A stretch of DNA of 64,000 nt from Candidatus Multivorans sp. Lineage in GTDB: Bacteria > Acidobacteriota > Thermoanaerobaculia > Multivoradales > Multivoraceae. The stretch lies in the NCBI GenBank assembly GCA_965224025.1, contig OZ245033.1:4128001-4192000 (forward strand). The letters run 5' to 3'. Below, one piece after another: positions 31,856-42,110 of this stretch (its first letter is position 1; each line of letters begins with the position of its first letter). Below the pieces are notes generated by a model that was given only the letters and a program-made list of their open reading frames with translations, was not told the DNA's origin and ran no database searches. The translations under genes and the position numbers were made by a program.

Positions 31856-33478
31856 ATGATTCCCATCCCGGACCTTCTCAACCGGGCGCCCTTCCTCGGC
31901 ATCGACGAGAAGGCTCTGTCGGACCTGCTGGGTCTCGCCGTTCTCGGCCGCGAGGTCGGCACCGAGTTCCATGACCTGATGGCGGAAGCCGAGACGCCGG
32001 AGGCGGCCTGGCGGCCCGAGTTCTTCGAACAGGATCTGTTCATCGACCGCCTGATCGCGGAGAGCTTCGAACTGCGAATCGACGGCGTTCACTACCCGAT
32101 CAACGAGCGCTTCCTGCACCGCGCCCTGACCGCCACGCCGACCGACCTGCAGACGATCAGCTTCCGCCAGGGGATCCTGCGCGAACTGGACGAGGACGAG
32201 GAAGTCCTCGCCTCGGCCGAACGCCTCTACCGCGAGCTGTTCGGTCTGCTCTCGCTTCACCGCATGCCCCGCTACCACAGCGTCCTCGATACGGCGTCCC
32301 ACAACCTGGACATCCTCAGGCAGAGCCGTCTCGTCATCGACCTGATGCACGATCGCTTCGAGACGGTCCGCTCGGGACTCCGACGACTGTACGAAGGGGC
32401 AGTCGCGATCCGCGCGACCGAGGAGTACGCGACCCTTGCCGCCCTTCTCGACTACGAGAGCAAGCTCGCCGAACTGAACCTCGACATCACTCTCGGCGGC
32501 GACGGGCGCATCCGCGGCCTCGAGGTGCGCTCCCTCGAGGAGTGCCGTGACAATCCGTTCTGGACCCGGCCGATCAAGCGGCTCTGGAGCCGCGCTCGGC
32601 TCGGCCTCGGCGGCTACTCGATGGGCAACCGGGAACTCCTGAACCGGGTCGTCGAGCGGGTCTACGTCTCTCTGTCGCCCGCCCTGATACCCCTGATCCA
32701 GATGCTCGGCCAACTGGAGCTCTACCTCGCCTCCCGCGCTCTCCGTGACCGCGCCGCCGAGCGCGGTCTCTCCATGTGCATTCCCGAGTTCCGGCCGGAA
32801 CATGATGGCGACTCCGCAATCGAGTGTGAACACCTGTTCAACCCGCTGCTGCTGACCCAGGAGCTGGCGCCCGTGCCGTGTACGGTGAGAACGGTCGGTA
32901 GCGTGCCGATCACCGTGGTCACCGGTCCGAACTCGGGAGGCAAGACGCGGCTGATCCAGGCCATCGCGCTGGCTCAACTGCTCGGTCAGTCCGGCCTCTA
33001 CGCGCCCTGCAGCCGCGCCCGGATGCGCGTCCGGCAGGGGCTGTTCGTGTCCCTGATCGAGCGCGAAAGCGCGGATCAGGTCGAGGGCCGCCTGGGGCGC
33101 GAACTCGTGCGCATCCGCACCCTCTTCGAAGAGATGGAGCATGGCTCGATGGTGGTCCTGGACGAGCTGTGCTCGGGCACCAACCCTTCGGAGGGAATCG
33201 AGGTCTTCACTCTCGTGCTCCAGCTCCTCCGGCGTGTCCAGCCCGTGGCCTACGTAACCACCCACTTCCTCGACCACGCCCGCGCCCTCCAGCAGAACCA
33301 CATGGAACTGGGCCTCGAGTTCCTCCAGGTACAGCTCGACGACGAGCGCCGGAGCACCTATCAGTTCAAGGGCGGCGTCGCCCGCACGTCCCTGGCGGCG
33401 CTCACCGCGGAGCGGCTCGGCGTCACCTTCGAGAACCTATCGGCAGCTGTCGACGAGCGCCGGGCGAAGGCCGGCTAG
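31856..33478 (+). CDS. Truncated MutS-family ATPase (domain V with helical N-terminus)
   Basis: TGPNSGGKT, VLDELCSGT, VTTHF; no mismatch-recognition or Smr domain evident. Confidence 0.85.
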   Translation: MIPIPDLLNRAPFLGIDEKALSDLLGLAVLGREVGTEFHDLMAEAETPEAAWRPEFFEQDLFIDRLIAESFELRIDGVHYPINERFLHRALTATPTDLQTISFRQGILRELDEDEEVLASAERLYRELFGLLSLHRMPRYHSVLDTASHNLDILRQSRLVIDLMHDRFETVRSGLRRLYEGAVAIRATEEYATLAALLDYESKLAELNLDITLGGDGRIRGLEVRSLEECRDNPFWTRPIKRLWSRARLGLGGYSMGNRELLNRVVERVYVSLSPALIPLIQMLGQLELYLASRALRDRAAERGLSMCIPEFRPEHDGDSAIECEHLFNPLLLTQELAPVPCTVRTVGSVPITVVTGPNSGGKTRLIQAIALAQLLGQSGLYAPCSRARMRVRQGLFVSLIERESADQVEGRLGRELVRIRTLFEEMEHGSMVVLDELCSGTNPSEGIEVFTLVLQLLRRVQPVAYVTTHFLDHARALQQNHMELGLEFLQVQLDDERRSTYQFKGGVARTSLAALTAERLGVTFENLSAAVDERRAKAG

Positions 33479-33519
33479 GAGTGTCCGCAGCGTTGTCGCT
33501 GCGCTGTCGCGCAGGGAAC
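33478..33519 (+). repeat. 45-bp dispersed repeat, copy 2
   Basis: Matches 5835-5879 and the reverse complement of 35345-35389. Confidence 0.75.
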
Positions 33520-33570
33520 AGGCAGCGAGTAGCCAACGTTACAGCGGCGTCGTGGGTTCATAGAGTTGGC

Positions 33571-33726
33571 CGCGCTGGGCAGCGAGGCCGCGCAGGCACT
33601 GGTGTGTTGGCGCCCGACTAGGAGTTTGGCCCGGACCGTGATCGGCGCTCTGACGCTGGCGGCGCGGCTTGTGTCGCGACCCCGTATGCAAGATTGAGCT
33701 TTTCGCCGCGGTCTCTGCCCAGCGCG
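33571..33726 (+). ncRNA. IS110 bridge-RNA-like non-coding RNA
   Basis: -10-like TAGAGT at 33561-33566; closing helix 33571-33592 with 33707-33726; two internal-loop domains; second loop matches IS ends. Confidence 0.72.
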
Positions 33727-33759
33727 ACGATTGGATTCCACATCTACGGGAGGCAGGGG

Positions 33760-35079
33760 ATGGCAAAGCGGAAGGCGGAGCGTCTGGAAGTCGTTCACCC
33801 GGATTGCGCCGGTGTGGACGTAGGCAAGCGCAAGCACTACGTGGCGGTGGCCCCGTCGCGTTTCGAGCGGCCGGTGCGCAATTTCTCGTCGTTCACGGAG
33901 GACCTCGAGGCGATGGCCTCGTGGCTTCAGGAGTGCGGCGTGCGTGAGGTGGCGCTGGAGTCGACGGGGGTGTACTGGATTCCGGTGTTCGAGGTGCTGG
34001 ACCGGGCGGGGTTCGAGGTGCATCTGGTGAATCCTCGGGCGACCAAGCAGGTGAGTGGCCGCAAGAGTGACGTTCTGGACTGCCAGTGGATCCGGCAGTT
34101 GATGAGCTACGGGCTCCTGCGCGGTGCGTTTCGCGCGCCGGACGAGTTGTGTCCGCTGCGTTCGTACACGCGGCAGCGCGCCCAGTTGGTCCGCGACCGC
34201 AGCCGCGCGGTGCAGCACATCCAGAAGGCTCTGGTGCAGATGAACGTGCAGTTGGACAACGTGCTGAGCGACATCATGGGCAAGACCGGCCAGTTGATCG
34301 TGCGCGCGATCGTCGCCGGCGAGCGCGACGGCGCGGCGCTGGCCCGTCACCGGGACGGTCGCTGCAAGGCTGGTCCGGCTGTGATCGCGGCGAGTTTGCA
34401 AGGCAACTGGCGAGACGAGCACCTGTTCGCTCTGGGCCAGGCGCTGGCCCGCTACGACATGCTGCAAGGCCAGATCGAGATGTGCGAGAAGCGCATCGAC
34501 GCCGAGCTCGACGGCCTGGCCCAAGACGGCGTCGAGGACGCGCCGCCGCCCGGTTCGAAGGCGCGCGAGCGCGCCCTGCGGAAGCGGCTGCATCGCATGC
34601 TCGGCGTGGACCTGGTCGCCATTCCGACGGTCGGCGTCGAAACCGCGCTGACCTTCGCCGCTGAGATCGGCCCGGACCTGTCCCGGTTTCCCTCGCAGGG
34701 CAACTTCTGCTCGTGGCTGTGTCTGGCTCCACCGACCAACATCAGCGGCGACAAACGGCTGAACGGCCCTCCCGTGAAGCAGACCAACCGGGTCGGCCAG
34801 ACGCTGCGCCAAGCCGCCACCACAGCCCGCAACAGCAAGACCGCCATCGGAGCCTCTCACCGCCGGCGTCTCCAGCACATGGAGAAGGCGAAGGCCATCA
34901 AGGCCACCGCTCATCAACTCGGCCGACTGATCTACGCCATGCTGACCCACGGCGAAGAGTACGTCGAGCGCGACCTCGCCGAAATGGAGGCCGTCCGACG
35001 CGAACGACAAATCAGAAACCTGCAGCGTCAGGCCCGCCGCCTGAATCTGGCTCTCGTGCCGACCGAACATGCCGCCTGA
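33760..35079 (+). CDS. IS110-family transposase/recombinase
   Basis: GVDVGK, LESTG, KSDVLDC (DEDD RuvC), IPTVG, LCLAP...ISG Tnp serine motif; GGAGG SD. Confidence 0.95.
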   Translation: MAKRKAERLEVVHPDCAGVDVGKRKHYVAVAPSRFERPVRNFSSFTEDLEAMASWLQECGVREVALESTGVYWIPVFEVLDRAGFEVHLVNPRATKQVSGRKSDVLDCQWIRQLMSYGLLRGAFRAPDELCPLRSYTRQRAQLVRDRSRAVQHIQKALVQMNVQLDNVLSDIMGKTGQLIVRAIVAGERDGAALARHRDGRCKAGPAVIAASLQGNWRDEHLFALGQALARYDMLQGQIEMCEKRIDAELDGLAQDGVEDAPPPGSKARERALRKRLHRMLGVDLVAIPTVGVETALTFAAEIGPDLSRFPSQGNFCSWLCLAPPTNISGDKRLNGPPVKQTNRVGQTLRQAATTARNSKTAIGASHRRRLQHMEKAKAIKATAHQLGRLIYAMLTHGEEYVERDLAEMEAVRRERQIRNLQRQARRLNLALVPTEHAA

Positions 35080-35159
35080 ATCGCGCAACCTGCGCTGCCA
35101 ACAAGGAACCCCTACCCGTTTGTTCCATGCAAGACTGCGCTGCGTCCGCGCAGCGCTGA

Positions 35160-35280
35160 CTTGCATGGAACTGGTCGCCGACTGGGTGCGCGGGTCTTCT
35201 GACCCGCTGCCGCCGGAGGCGGCCAGAGATACGTGCCGGCCGTCAGGCCGGCTCCGCTTTGGCGGCCAGTTCCATACAAG
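35160..35280 (+). repeat. Cloverleaf structured repeat, copy 2
   Basis: Terminal IR cttgcatggaactgg...ccagttccatacaag enclosing three hairpins. Confidence 0.75.
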
Positions 35281-35344
35281 CTTGCGCGACAGAACGATCT
35301 GACCTGGGAACCCGTGTGGCGCGCCCGCATCCGGACGCCGCGTC

Positions 35345-35389
35345 GTTCCCTGCGCGACAGCGCAGCGGACCGCCGCTGTGGATACTCCC
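35345..35389 (-). repeat. 45-bp dispersed repeat, copy 3 (inverted)
   Basis: Reverse complement is nearly identical to 5835-5879. Confidence 0.8.
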
Positions 35390-35400
35390 AGGCGCCGGCT

Positions 35401-36092
35401 TCAGTATGGGACGCCGGTCGCCCGGCAGACGAAGCGCATCAGGGGGGACGCGGCCGCGCAGAGGCCGGTGAACTCGTCGAGGAAGCCGCGGCTTAGCAGG
35501 CGGGTCTGGTTCAGGTTGGCCACGGCCATGAACGACTTGCGCTTGATGTCGTCGATCCGCGGGTGACGGGCGTCGAATCCCCGCGGCGCCCGCTTCAGAC
35601 TCTCGCCGCCGAGTTCGAGCAAGTCGCCGAGCCCCGGGTCGACGGTCACCTCCCGCCAGCCCTCGCCATCGGCGACGATCTGCTGCCGGATCGCCCGCAG
35701 GGCCTCCGGATGCGGTCGCCACATTCCCCCGCCCATGAACACGCTGCCGGGCTCGATGTGGAGATAGAAGCCCGGCGCGTGGGCGTCCTTGTGCTGCTTG
35801 TGGCGGAAGTGAATGCCCACCTGGGTCTTGTAGGGGCTCTTGTCGCGCGAGAACCGGACGTCGCGGTGGATCCGGAACAGCGACCCGCCGACCTTCTTCG
35901 GCACTGCGTCGAAGTGCTTCGACACCTCGTCGAGCCGGGTCCCGAAGTCGCTGATGAACTGGAGCGCGGGCTCCCGCACCACGTCCTCGTAGCGCTCGCC
36001 GTTGGCCTTGAACCAGTCGCGGTCGTGTTCTCCACGAGGTCGCGCAGAAAGGCGAATGTCTCGCGCGAGAACGGGTTCTTCCATTGATCCAT
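35401..36092 (-). pseudogene. DUF2461/TIGR02453 family protein, frameshifted near 36027
   Basis: N-terminus FSRETFAFLRDLVEN in one frame, DRDWFKAN...FRIHRDVRFSRDKSPYKT in another; a single missing base would restore NNDRDWF. Confidence 0.85.
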
Positions 36093-36178
36093 CCGTTGCT
36101 CCGTGTGGTTCGGGATCAGGGGCAACTTGCCGGCGCGAAGTGTATTCTCGAAGGCGCTCAAACAGGGAGGGATCCGTA

Positions 36179-36928
36179 TTGGACATCTTCGTCGCCGAAC
36201 TGGTCGGCACCGCGCTCTTGATCATTCTCGGCGACGGCGTGGTCGCCAACGTCGTTCTGGCCCGCACCAAGGGGAACGACAGCGGCTGGATCGTCATCGC
36301 CACCGGCTGGGGACTGGCCGTCGCGCTCGCCGTCTACTGCGTCGGCCGGATCAGCGGCGCCCACATCAACCCGGCGGTCAGTGTCGGCATGTGGGCGATC
36401 GGCGAACTCGACGCCGCCCTGCTGCCGACCTACATCGGCGCCCAGATGCTCGGCGCGTTCCTTGGCGCGGTCGTCGTCTGGCTCACGTACCGTCCTCACT
36501 GGAGCGCCACCACTGACCAGGCGGCCAAGCTGGGCGTGTTCTGCACGGCGCCGGAAATCCCCGGACGCCGGGGCGCCAACTTCATCACCGAGGTGGTCGG
36601 CACCGCGGTGCTGGTGTTCGGCGTGCTCGCGATCGCCGCCAACGCCTCGGAGCTCTCAGGCGGCGGGATCGACCTGTCGGCCGTGTTCGCCACCGGCATC
36701 AACCCGCTGCTGGTCGGTTTCCTGGTCTGGGGCATCGGCCTGAGCCTGGGCGGTCCCACCGGCTACGCGATCAACCCGGCCCGCGACCTCGGTCCGCGCA
36801 TCGCCCACGCGGTACTGCCGATCCCCGGCAAGGGCGGCTCCGACTGGAGCTACGCGTGGGTACCGATCCTGGGTCCGTTGACCGGGGGCGTCCTCGGCGC
36901 CCTGGCCTTCCAGGGTCTCGGCTGGTAG
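36179..36928 (+). CDS. glpF: Glycerol uptake facilitator (MIP family)
   Basis: HINPAV and AINPARD motifs; TTG start after GGGAGG; precedes glpK. Confidence 0.92.
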   Translation: MDIFVAELVGTALLIILGDGVVANVVLARTKGNDSGWIVIATGWGLAVALAVYCVGRISGAHINPAVSVGMWAIGELDAALLPTYIGAQMLGAFLGAVVVWLTYRPHWSATTDQAAKLGVFCTAPEIPGRRGANFITEVVGTAVLVFGVLAIAANASELSGGGIDLSAVFATGINPLLVGFLVWGIGLSLGGPTGYAINPARDLGPRIAHAVLPIPGKGGSDWSYAWVPILGPLTGGVLGALAFQGLGW

Positions 36929-36940
36929 ATCGCGGCGCCT

Positions 36941-38428
36941 ATGACCTACGTCCTCGCCCTGGACCAGGGCACCACGTCCAGCCGCTCCATCCTGTTCGAG
37001 CGCCGGGGAACCGCCGCTTCCTCCGCGCAGCAGGAGTTTCCGCAGCTCTACCCCTCACCCGGCCACGTCGAGCACGATCCCGAAGCGATCTGGACCACCC
37101 AACTCGACACGGCGCGCGCCGCCCTACGGAACGCCGGCGCGGACGTCTCGGACATCGAGGCCATCGGCATCGCCAACCAGCGCGAGACGGTCGTGCTGTG
37201 GGAGCGCGACAGCGGTAAGCCGGTCGACAACGCGATCGTCTGGCAGAGCCGCATCACCGCGCCGCTGTGCGAACAGTTGAAGGAGCAGGGCCACGAGGAC
37301 CTGTTCCGCGGCAAGACCGGCCTGGTGCTCGACCCCTACTTCTCCGGCACCAAGATCTCGCACCTGCTGGACAAGCACGACCTGCACGCGCGGGCGGCGC
37401 GCGGCGAGATCCTGGCTGGAACGATCGACAGCTTCCTGCTCTGGCGGCTGACTGGCGGCGAGGTCCACGCCACCGACGCGAGCAACGCCTCGCGCACCCT
37501 GCTCTTCGACATCCACAAACTGGACTGGGACGACGAGCTGCTCGGCATCCTGCGGGTGCCACGCGCCATGCTGCCCGAGGTCCGGGATTCGAGCGGCGAC
37601 TTCGGGCACACGGAGGAGAGTCTCTTCGGGCGGCGGATCCCGGTCGCCGGCATCGCCGGAGACCAGCAGGCGGCGACCTTCGGGCAGGCCTGCTTCGAAC
37701 CCGGAACGTGCAAGAACACCTACGGCACCGGCTGCTTCATCCTGATGAACACAGGCGACCGGGCGGTGGCCTCCGACAACGGCCTGCTCTCCACCGTCGG
37801 CTGGGTGCTCGACGGGCGGCCCACCTACTGCCTGGAGGGTTCGGTCTTCGTCGGCGGCGCGGCGGTGCAGTGGCTGCGCGACGGCCTGGGTCTGATCGAG
37901 AGGTCCGAACAGATCGAGGAGCTCGCCGCAAGCGAGGAGGACAGCGGCGGAGTCTACCTGGTACCCGCCTTCGTCGGCCTCGGCGCGCCGTACTGGGACC
38001 CCTACGCGCGCGGTCTGCTGATCGGCCTGGAGCGCTCGACCACCGCCGGCCACGTGGCGCGAGCCACCGTCGAATCGATGGCGTATCAGAGCCTCGACGT
38101 CGTGCGCGCCATGGAAGCCGACGCCGGTTCCGGCATGAGCGGCCTGCGGGTCGACGGCGGCGCGGCGGTCAACAACGACCTGATGCAGTTCCAGGCCGAC
38201 CTGCTGGGCACGCGGGTCCAGCGGCCGGTCGTCGCCGAGACCACGGCGCTCGGCGCCGCCTACCTGGCCGGTCTCGCGGTCGGCTTCTGGGCCGACCAGG
38301 CCGACGTGACCCGCAACTGGGCCCTCGACCGCGAGTTCGAACCGGAATCCTCATCGACCAAGCAGGAGCGCCTCGCCTCCGGCTGGCGACGCGCCGTCGA
38401 GAGATCGCGCGGCTGGGCGGAGATGTAG
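36941..38428 (+). CDS. glpK: Glycerol kinase
   Basis: [43 protein letters not shown]. Confidence 0.97.
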   Translation: MTYVLALDQGTTSSRSILFERRGTAASSAQQEFPQLYPSPGHVEHDPEAIWTTQLDTARAALRNAGADVSDIEAIGIANQRETVVLWERDSGKPVDNAIVWQSRITAPLCEQLKEQGHEDLFRGKTGLVLDPYFSGTKISHLLDKHDLHARAARGEILAGTIDSFLLWRLTGGEVHATDASNASRTLLFDIHKLDWDDELLGILRVPRAMLPEVRDSSGDFGHTEESLFGRRIPVAGIAGDQQAATFGQACFEPGTCKNTYGTGCFILMNTGDRAVASDNGLLSTVGWVLDGRPTYCLEGSVFVGGAAVQWLRDGLGLIERSEQIEELAASEEDSGGVYLVPAFVGLGAPYWDPYARGLLIGLERSTTAGHVARATVESMAYQSLDVVRAMEADAGSGMSGLRVDGGAAVNNDLMQFQADLLGTRVQRPVVAETTALGAAYLAGLAVGFWADQADVTRNWALDREFEPESSSTKQERLASGWRRAVERSRGWAEM

Positions 38429-38463
38429 GAACGCAGCGCTTCCTCGGTTCCGGTCGGCCGCCT

Positions 38464-41400
38464 CTATTCAGGCGTCGCGGCCTCCTGTACAGCAATCAGT
38501 TTCTCGCCTGCCGGCACCACGAGATCCACCGTTGACGAACCCACGACGCGGCCGCCAGGCCGCCGCACGATCACATGGTACGGAACTTCGAACAGTCCGT
38601 CGATCAAGAAGTCGCCGTCTTGAGCGCTCCGGGCAACCCCTGTCTGGCCCACGCGTTCCGCCACCTCGAGAGTCGCGTGAGCAGGAGCGGCCACCACTTC
38701 GAATCCCGCGGCCGGTCCACCGTTGTCCGCCCGCACGAGGCGGCCTGCAAGCACGGCGCTGCGCGCCCGGAAGTCGGCCCAGCTTTCGCCCTCCACGTTC
38801 ACGGTGCGGCGCTCTCCAACCGCCGCGATCTCGACGCGGCCACTGCGCAGACCGTCGATGACGTAGATGCCGCGATGGTCCGTTCGCACAGCCCAGGCAT
38901 CGCCGGCGCGCTCGTCGATCACGAACACCGGCGCGCCAGCCAGCGGACTGCCATCGACCGTGACCAGACCGGCCAGCCGACCGCTCGTCTCGGCGTCGTC
39001 GAACGTGATTTCGATCTCCGTCGCTCCGCGCGGTAGAACGTCTACGGTGCGGCGCTGCATGCGGTCCGAGGACCGCACCCCGGCCACAAGCACAACCGTC
39101 CCGATCGGAGGGTCGTGCTGCACGAAAACCGGAGCGCCTCCCAGTTGGTTCGGCGACCTCTTTAGTCGGCCGCCTCCACCCGGCGATAGGGGAGTGGGCT
39201 CGATCCCGACCTCGACCGTAGCGGCCTCCTCGGCCGTCAGACCCGCGACGCGCGCTCTGATTTCCCGTGCCGCGCCAAGCCTGAGCACGACATGGACCGG
39301 CTCGTTCGTGCCTACTTCGATTTCTCGCGACGTGGCAGCATAGCCGTCCACTTCGGCGCTCGCCCGGTAGAGCCCCGGAATCACATCGAGGCGAAACGAA
39401 CCGTCCGGCGCGCTTCGCTCTTCCCTGTCTGGCGCCAGCGGACGGCTGATCCGCACGGTGGCGCCGGCAACCGGCAAGCCAGCCGTGTCTTCGACCCACC
39501 CCTCAACCCGGACCGGCGTCAAGTCGAGAACCAACTCGGTGATACCCGGCTGAACATCGCGGTACCACATGATCGGTTGACCAGACTCCCCTCCAGGCGG
39601 CCAGCAGAACACCATGCTCTCGCCCATAGGGAGGCCAGACAGTTCAAACCGACCCGCGCCATCGGTCGTCGCGCGTTCCATCGTATTCATCTGGACTACT
39701 GCTCCCACGACCGGTGCGCCGCCCGAATTCACGACGCCCCGCACCGTGGCGTCTCCACGGCGAAGGACCAGCACGAGGCCGTCGCCGGTCGAGTACAACC
39801 CGTCGTCATCCGTGAGTTCACGTCGAAACGGCGCATAACCGAACGCCTCCACCTTCAGGACACCATTGAGCGAAGCCAGACCGCGAAGGAGGAACCTGCC
39901 CTCCGACCCGGTTCGTTCGAGCGCCAACTGCCGACGTTCCGCTTGGTCGAGTAGTTGAACACGAGTACCCTCAATGCCCTTGCCGGACGCTTCGTCCACG
40001 AGACGGCCGCGCAACTCGGCCGCCGGCTCCATGGCGATCTCGACCCTGCGGGGGTCAGCCGCGCGATCGACGTACACGCGAAGCCGTTCGGCCCTCACAT
40101 AGCCGGCGTGCTGCACGACGAGGTCCAGCAGATCGCCGTGCCGAAGCCCTCCGATTCGAAAACCGCCCTCCGCATCGGACCGAATCTCCCCTGTAGACCA
40201 CGCCACGGAATCGAGGCTCAGCGCACCCGTCACGTCCGGACTACGCCCGAACCCCACCACCGCGTCGGCAAAGGGAAGGCCGGCGCTATCCGTGACGATT
40301 CCCTCCACGGCCAGTTCCGGCTCCAATGCCACCTGCCCGAGGTCGTGCCAACCCGTCCACTCCGCAAGCAGCGCAGCAGATCCCGCGTTTGAGCGTAGGG
40401 GAACAAAGCGGGTCGCATAGCCCGGCGCGCCTACCGCGACCGAGCTGGCGGCGGGAGAGACATCGGGAAATCGGAACACTCCGTCTTCATCCGCCTGTGT
40501 CACATCGTGAAGACTGGGGTTCGACGCCAGAAAAAGATCGACTGGGCCGAGGGAAGGCGGCACGAAGAGACGCTGCTGACCGACCAGGGCAGCCAACCCT
40601 GCGACTCCCTCTCCCGAGGGCGAGACGATCCGGCCGAAAATCGACGCCGCACGCTCTAGGCGTACAACGATCGGCCCCGGGGCAAAGGCTCGCGAAGTTG
40701 CCGGTTCCAGGGCGACTCTCGCGGCCCGGTAGCCCTCCGCACGCACGACCAGACGCGGTGGGCTCTGCGCCTCGCTCGCTTCAATCCGAAACCCGCCGTT
40801 GGGAGCGGTCAAGGCGACGGGCGCCAGACGCCCTGTGTAGGCACCGTACAGCGCGACCTCAGCACCCTGCACGGGATCGCCCGTTTCGTCTGCCAGGACG
40901 ACACCTTCGATCGATCGAAACGGCGTCAGCTCGAGGTCCTCCTGATCGAGCAACCAATCGACGGTCTGCTTCTCGAAGCCTGGAGCGAGGATCGTCGTTT
41001 TCACTGCGCCCGCTGGCGGCCGGACGGTCCATGTCGTTCGGTGCCTAGTTCCAGGGGCCATGACTGTGGGGCCGAGCGTCTGCCTTGCCAGCAGGTCACC
41101 GGCTCTCGACCGGTGGATCGCAACAATCGTCGTAGCCAGCGCCTCCCCCGCATCGGCCGAGGCAAGGACTGTCACCGATCGCTCCGGCACGGCGAGTCTT
41201 CGCGTTCCCGCGTCCTCGACGCGAATCCGCCACTCGCCACCGGAAGGACCGAGAACACGGTACGCGCCGCGGGGCACAGCAACCTTGCCGGCTTCGTCCG
41301 CGACGCCGACCGGCCAACCGGCCGTGTCAACAAGAACAGCCGCCTGCAACGCCTCGCCAAGGGCATCGCCATCGCCCTTCGCGCCGTCAATGACCAGTCG

Positions 41401-42108
41401 CAGATCGAACAAGGGTTCGGAGCGCGGTTCCAACGACGCTTCGATCAGAGCTCCCGACGAACACTCGAAGCTGGACGGCGCATGACCCGGAGCTCCGATT
41501 CTGATCCCCAAAGGTTGGGGCGACGAACCCGGATCGGCTACCGGATCGAGCCAGTAGTGGCGGTCGGAACCGGCACGGTCGAGTCTGATCCACGGCCTCC
41601 AGACCTCCCAACGTGGAAAAGCGCCCGCGCCACCATCCACGTTGCCTGCCCTGCGGCTCGGCGCCACCCAGGCAACCGCCGGACCCAGCAGTCGCAACCG
41701 ACAGGACGATCCACGCTTCGGTTGAAACGGCGGCAACAACACATTCGAGAGCGGACCAATGAGTGGAAAAGCCATGTCGGGAGAAGCTAAGCCAGCGCGA
41801 GAACCCTGGACCACGACCCACCAGACGCCGGGTTGCGGCACATCCACGGCGAAATCCTTCTCTCCCGGCTGGATCAAAGCCTCACCAAAACCGAGCCGCT
41901 CCTCCTGGCCACTCGAAACGACCATCGCCATCTGCTCGTAGAGGGGACGTTCGGCCGCCAAGTGCAGAATCGCGCTATAGTCCGCAGGCTGGTTCGATAC
42001 ACTGCCGAACACAGTCGAGATCGATGTCTGCTGGGCCGTGGCAAGCGTTGATGCGCAGACGAGCAGAACCGCAACCATCGCCGAGGCGCTTTGCGCAACC
42101 AAGGCCAT
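38464..42108 (-). CDS. Large secreted protein with multiple carboxypeptidase-regulatory-like domains
   Basis: Signal peptide; repeated G-x-V-x-D-x-x-G-x-P-V-x-G-A-x-V and APGY/AEGY motifs; atypical codon usage. Confidence 0.75.
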   Translation of the reverse strand: MALVAQSASAMVAVLLVCASTLATAQQTSISTVFGSVSNQPADYSAILHLAAERPLYEQMAMVVSSGQEERLGFGEALIQPGEKDFAVDVPQPGVWWVVVQGSRAGLASPDMAFPLIGPLSNVLLPPFQPKRGSSCRLRLLGPAVAWVAPSRRAGNVDGGAGAFPRWEVWRPWIRLDRAGSDRHYWLDPVADPGSSPQPLGIRIGAPGHAPSSFECSSGALIEASLEPRSEPLFDLRLVIDGAKGDGDALGEALQAAVLVDTAGWPVGVADEAGKVAVPRGAYRVLGPSGGEWRIRVEDAGTRRLAVPERSVTVLASADAGEALATTIVAIHRSRAGDLLARQTLGPTVMAPGTRHRTTWTVRPPAGAVKTTILAPGFEKQTVDWLLDQEDLELTPFRSIEGVVLADETGDPVQGAEVALYGAYTGRLAPVALTAPNGGFRIEASEAQSPPRLVVRAEGYRAARVALEPATSRAFAPGPIVVRLERAASIFGRIVSPSGEGVAGLAALVGQQRLFVPPSLGPVDLFLASNPSLHDVTQADEDGVFRFPDVSPAASSVAVGAPGYATRFVPLRSNAGSAALLAEWTGWHDLGQVALEPELAVEGIVTDSAGLPFADAVVGFGRSPDVTGALSLDSVAWSTGEIRSDAEGGFRIGGLRHGDLLDLVVQHAGYVRAERLRVYVDRAADPRRVEIAMEPAAELRGRLVDEASGKGIEGTRVQLLDQAERRQLALERTGSEGRFLLRGLASLNGVLKVEAFGYAPFRRELTDDDGLYSTGDGLVLVLRRGDATVRGVVNSGGAPVVGAVVQMNTMERATTDGAGRFELSGLPMGESMVFCWPPGGESGQPIMWYRDVQPGITELVLDLTPVRVEGWVEDTAGLPVAGATVRISRPLAPDREERSAPDGSFRLDVIPGLYRASAEVDGYAATSREIEVGTNEPVHVVLRLGAAREIRARVAGLTAEEAATVEVGIEPTPLSPGGGGRLKRSPNQLGGAPVFVQHDPPIGTVVLVAGVRSSDRMQRRTVDVLPRGATEIEITFDDAETSGRLAGLVTVDGSPLAGAPVFVIDERAGDAWAVRTDHRGIYVIDGLRSGRVEIAAVGERRTVNVEGESWADFRARSAVLAGRLVRADNGGPAAGFEVVAAPAHATLEVAERVGQTGVARSAQDGDFLIDGLFEVPYHVIVRRPGGRVVGSSTVDLVVPAGEKLIAVQEAATPE

Positions 42109-42110
42109 GC

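Larger units (their letters stand above)
33531..35133 (+). mobile_element. IS110-family insertion sequence (ends inferred, AG core at both ends)
   Basis: DEDD transposase, long left non-coding end, ~50-bp right end; ends inferred from matches to the ncRNA loop. Confidence 0.7.
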
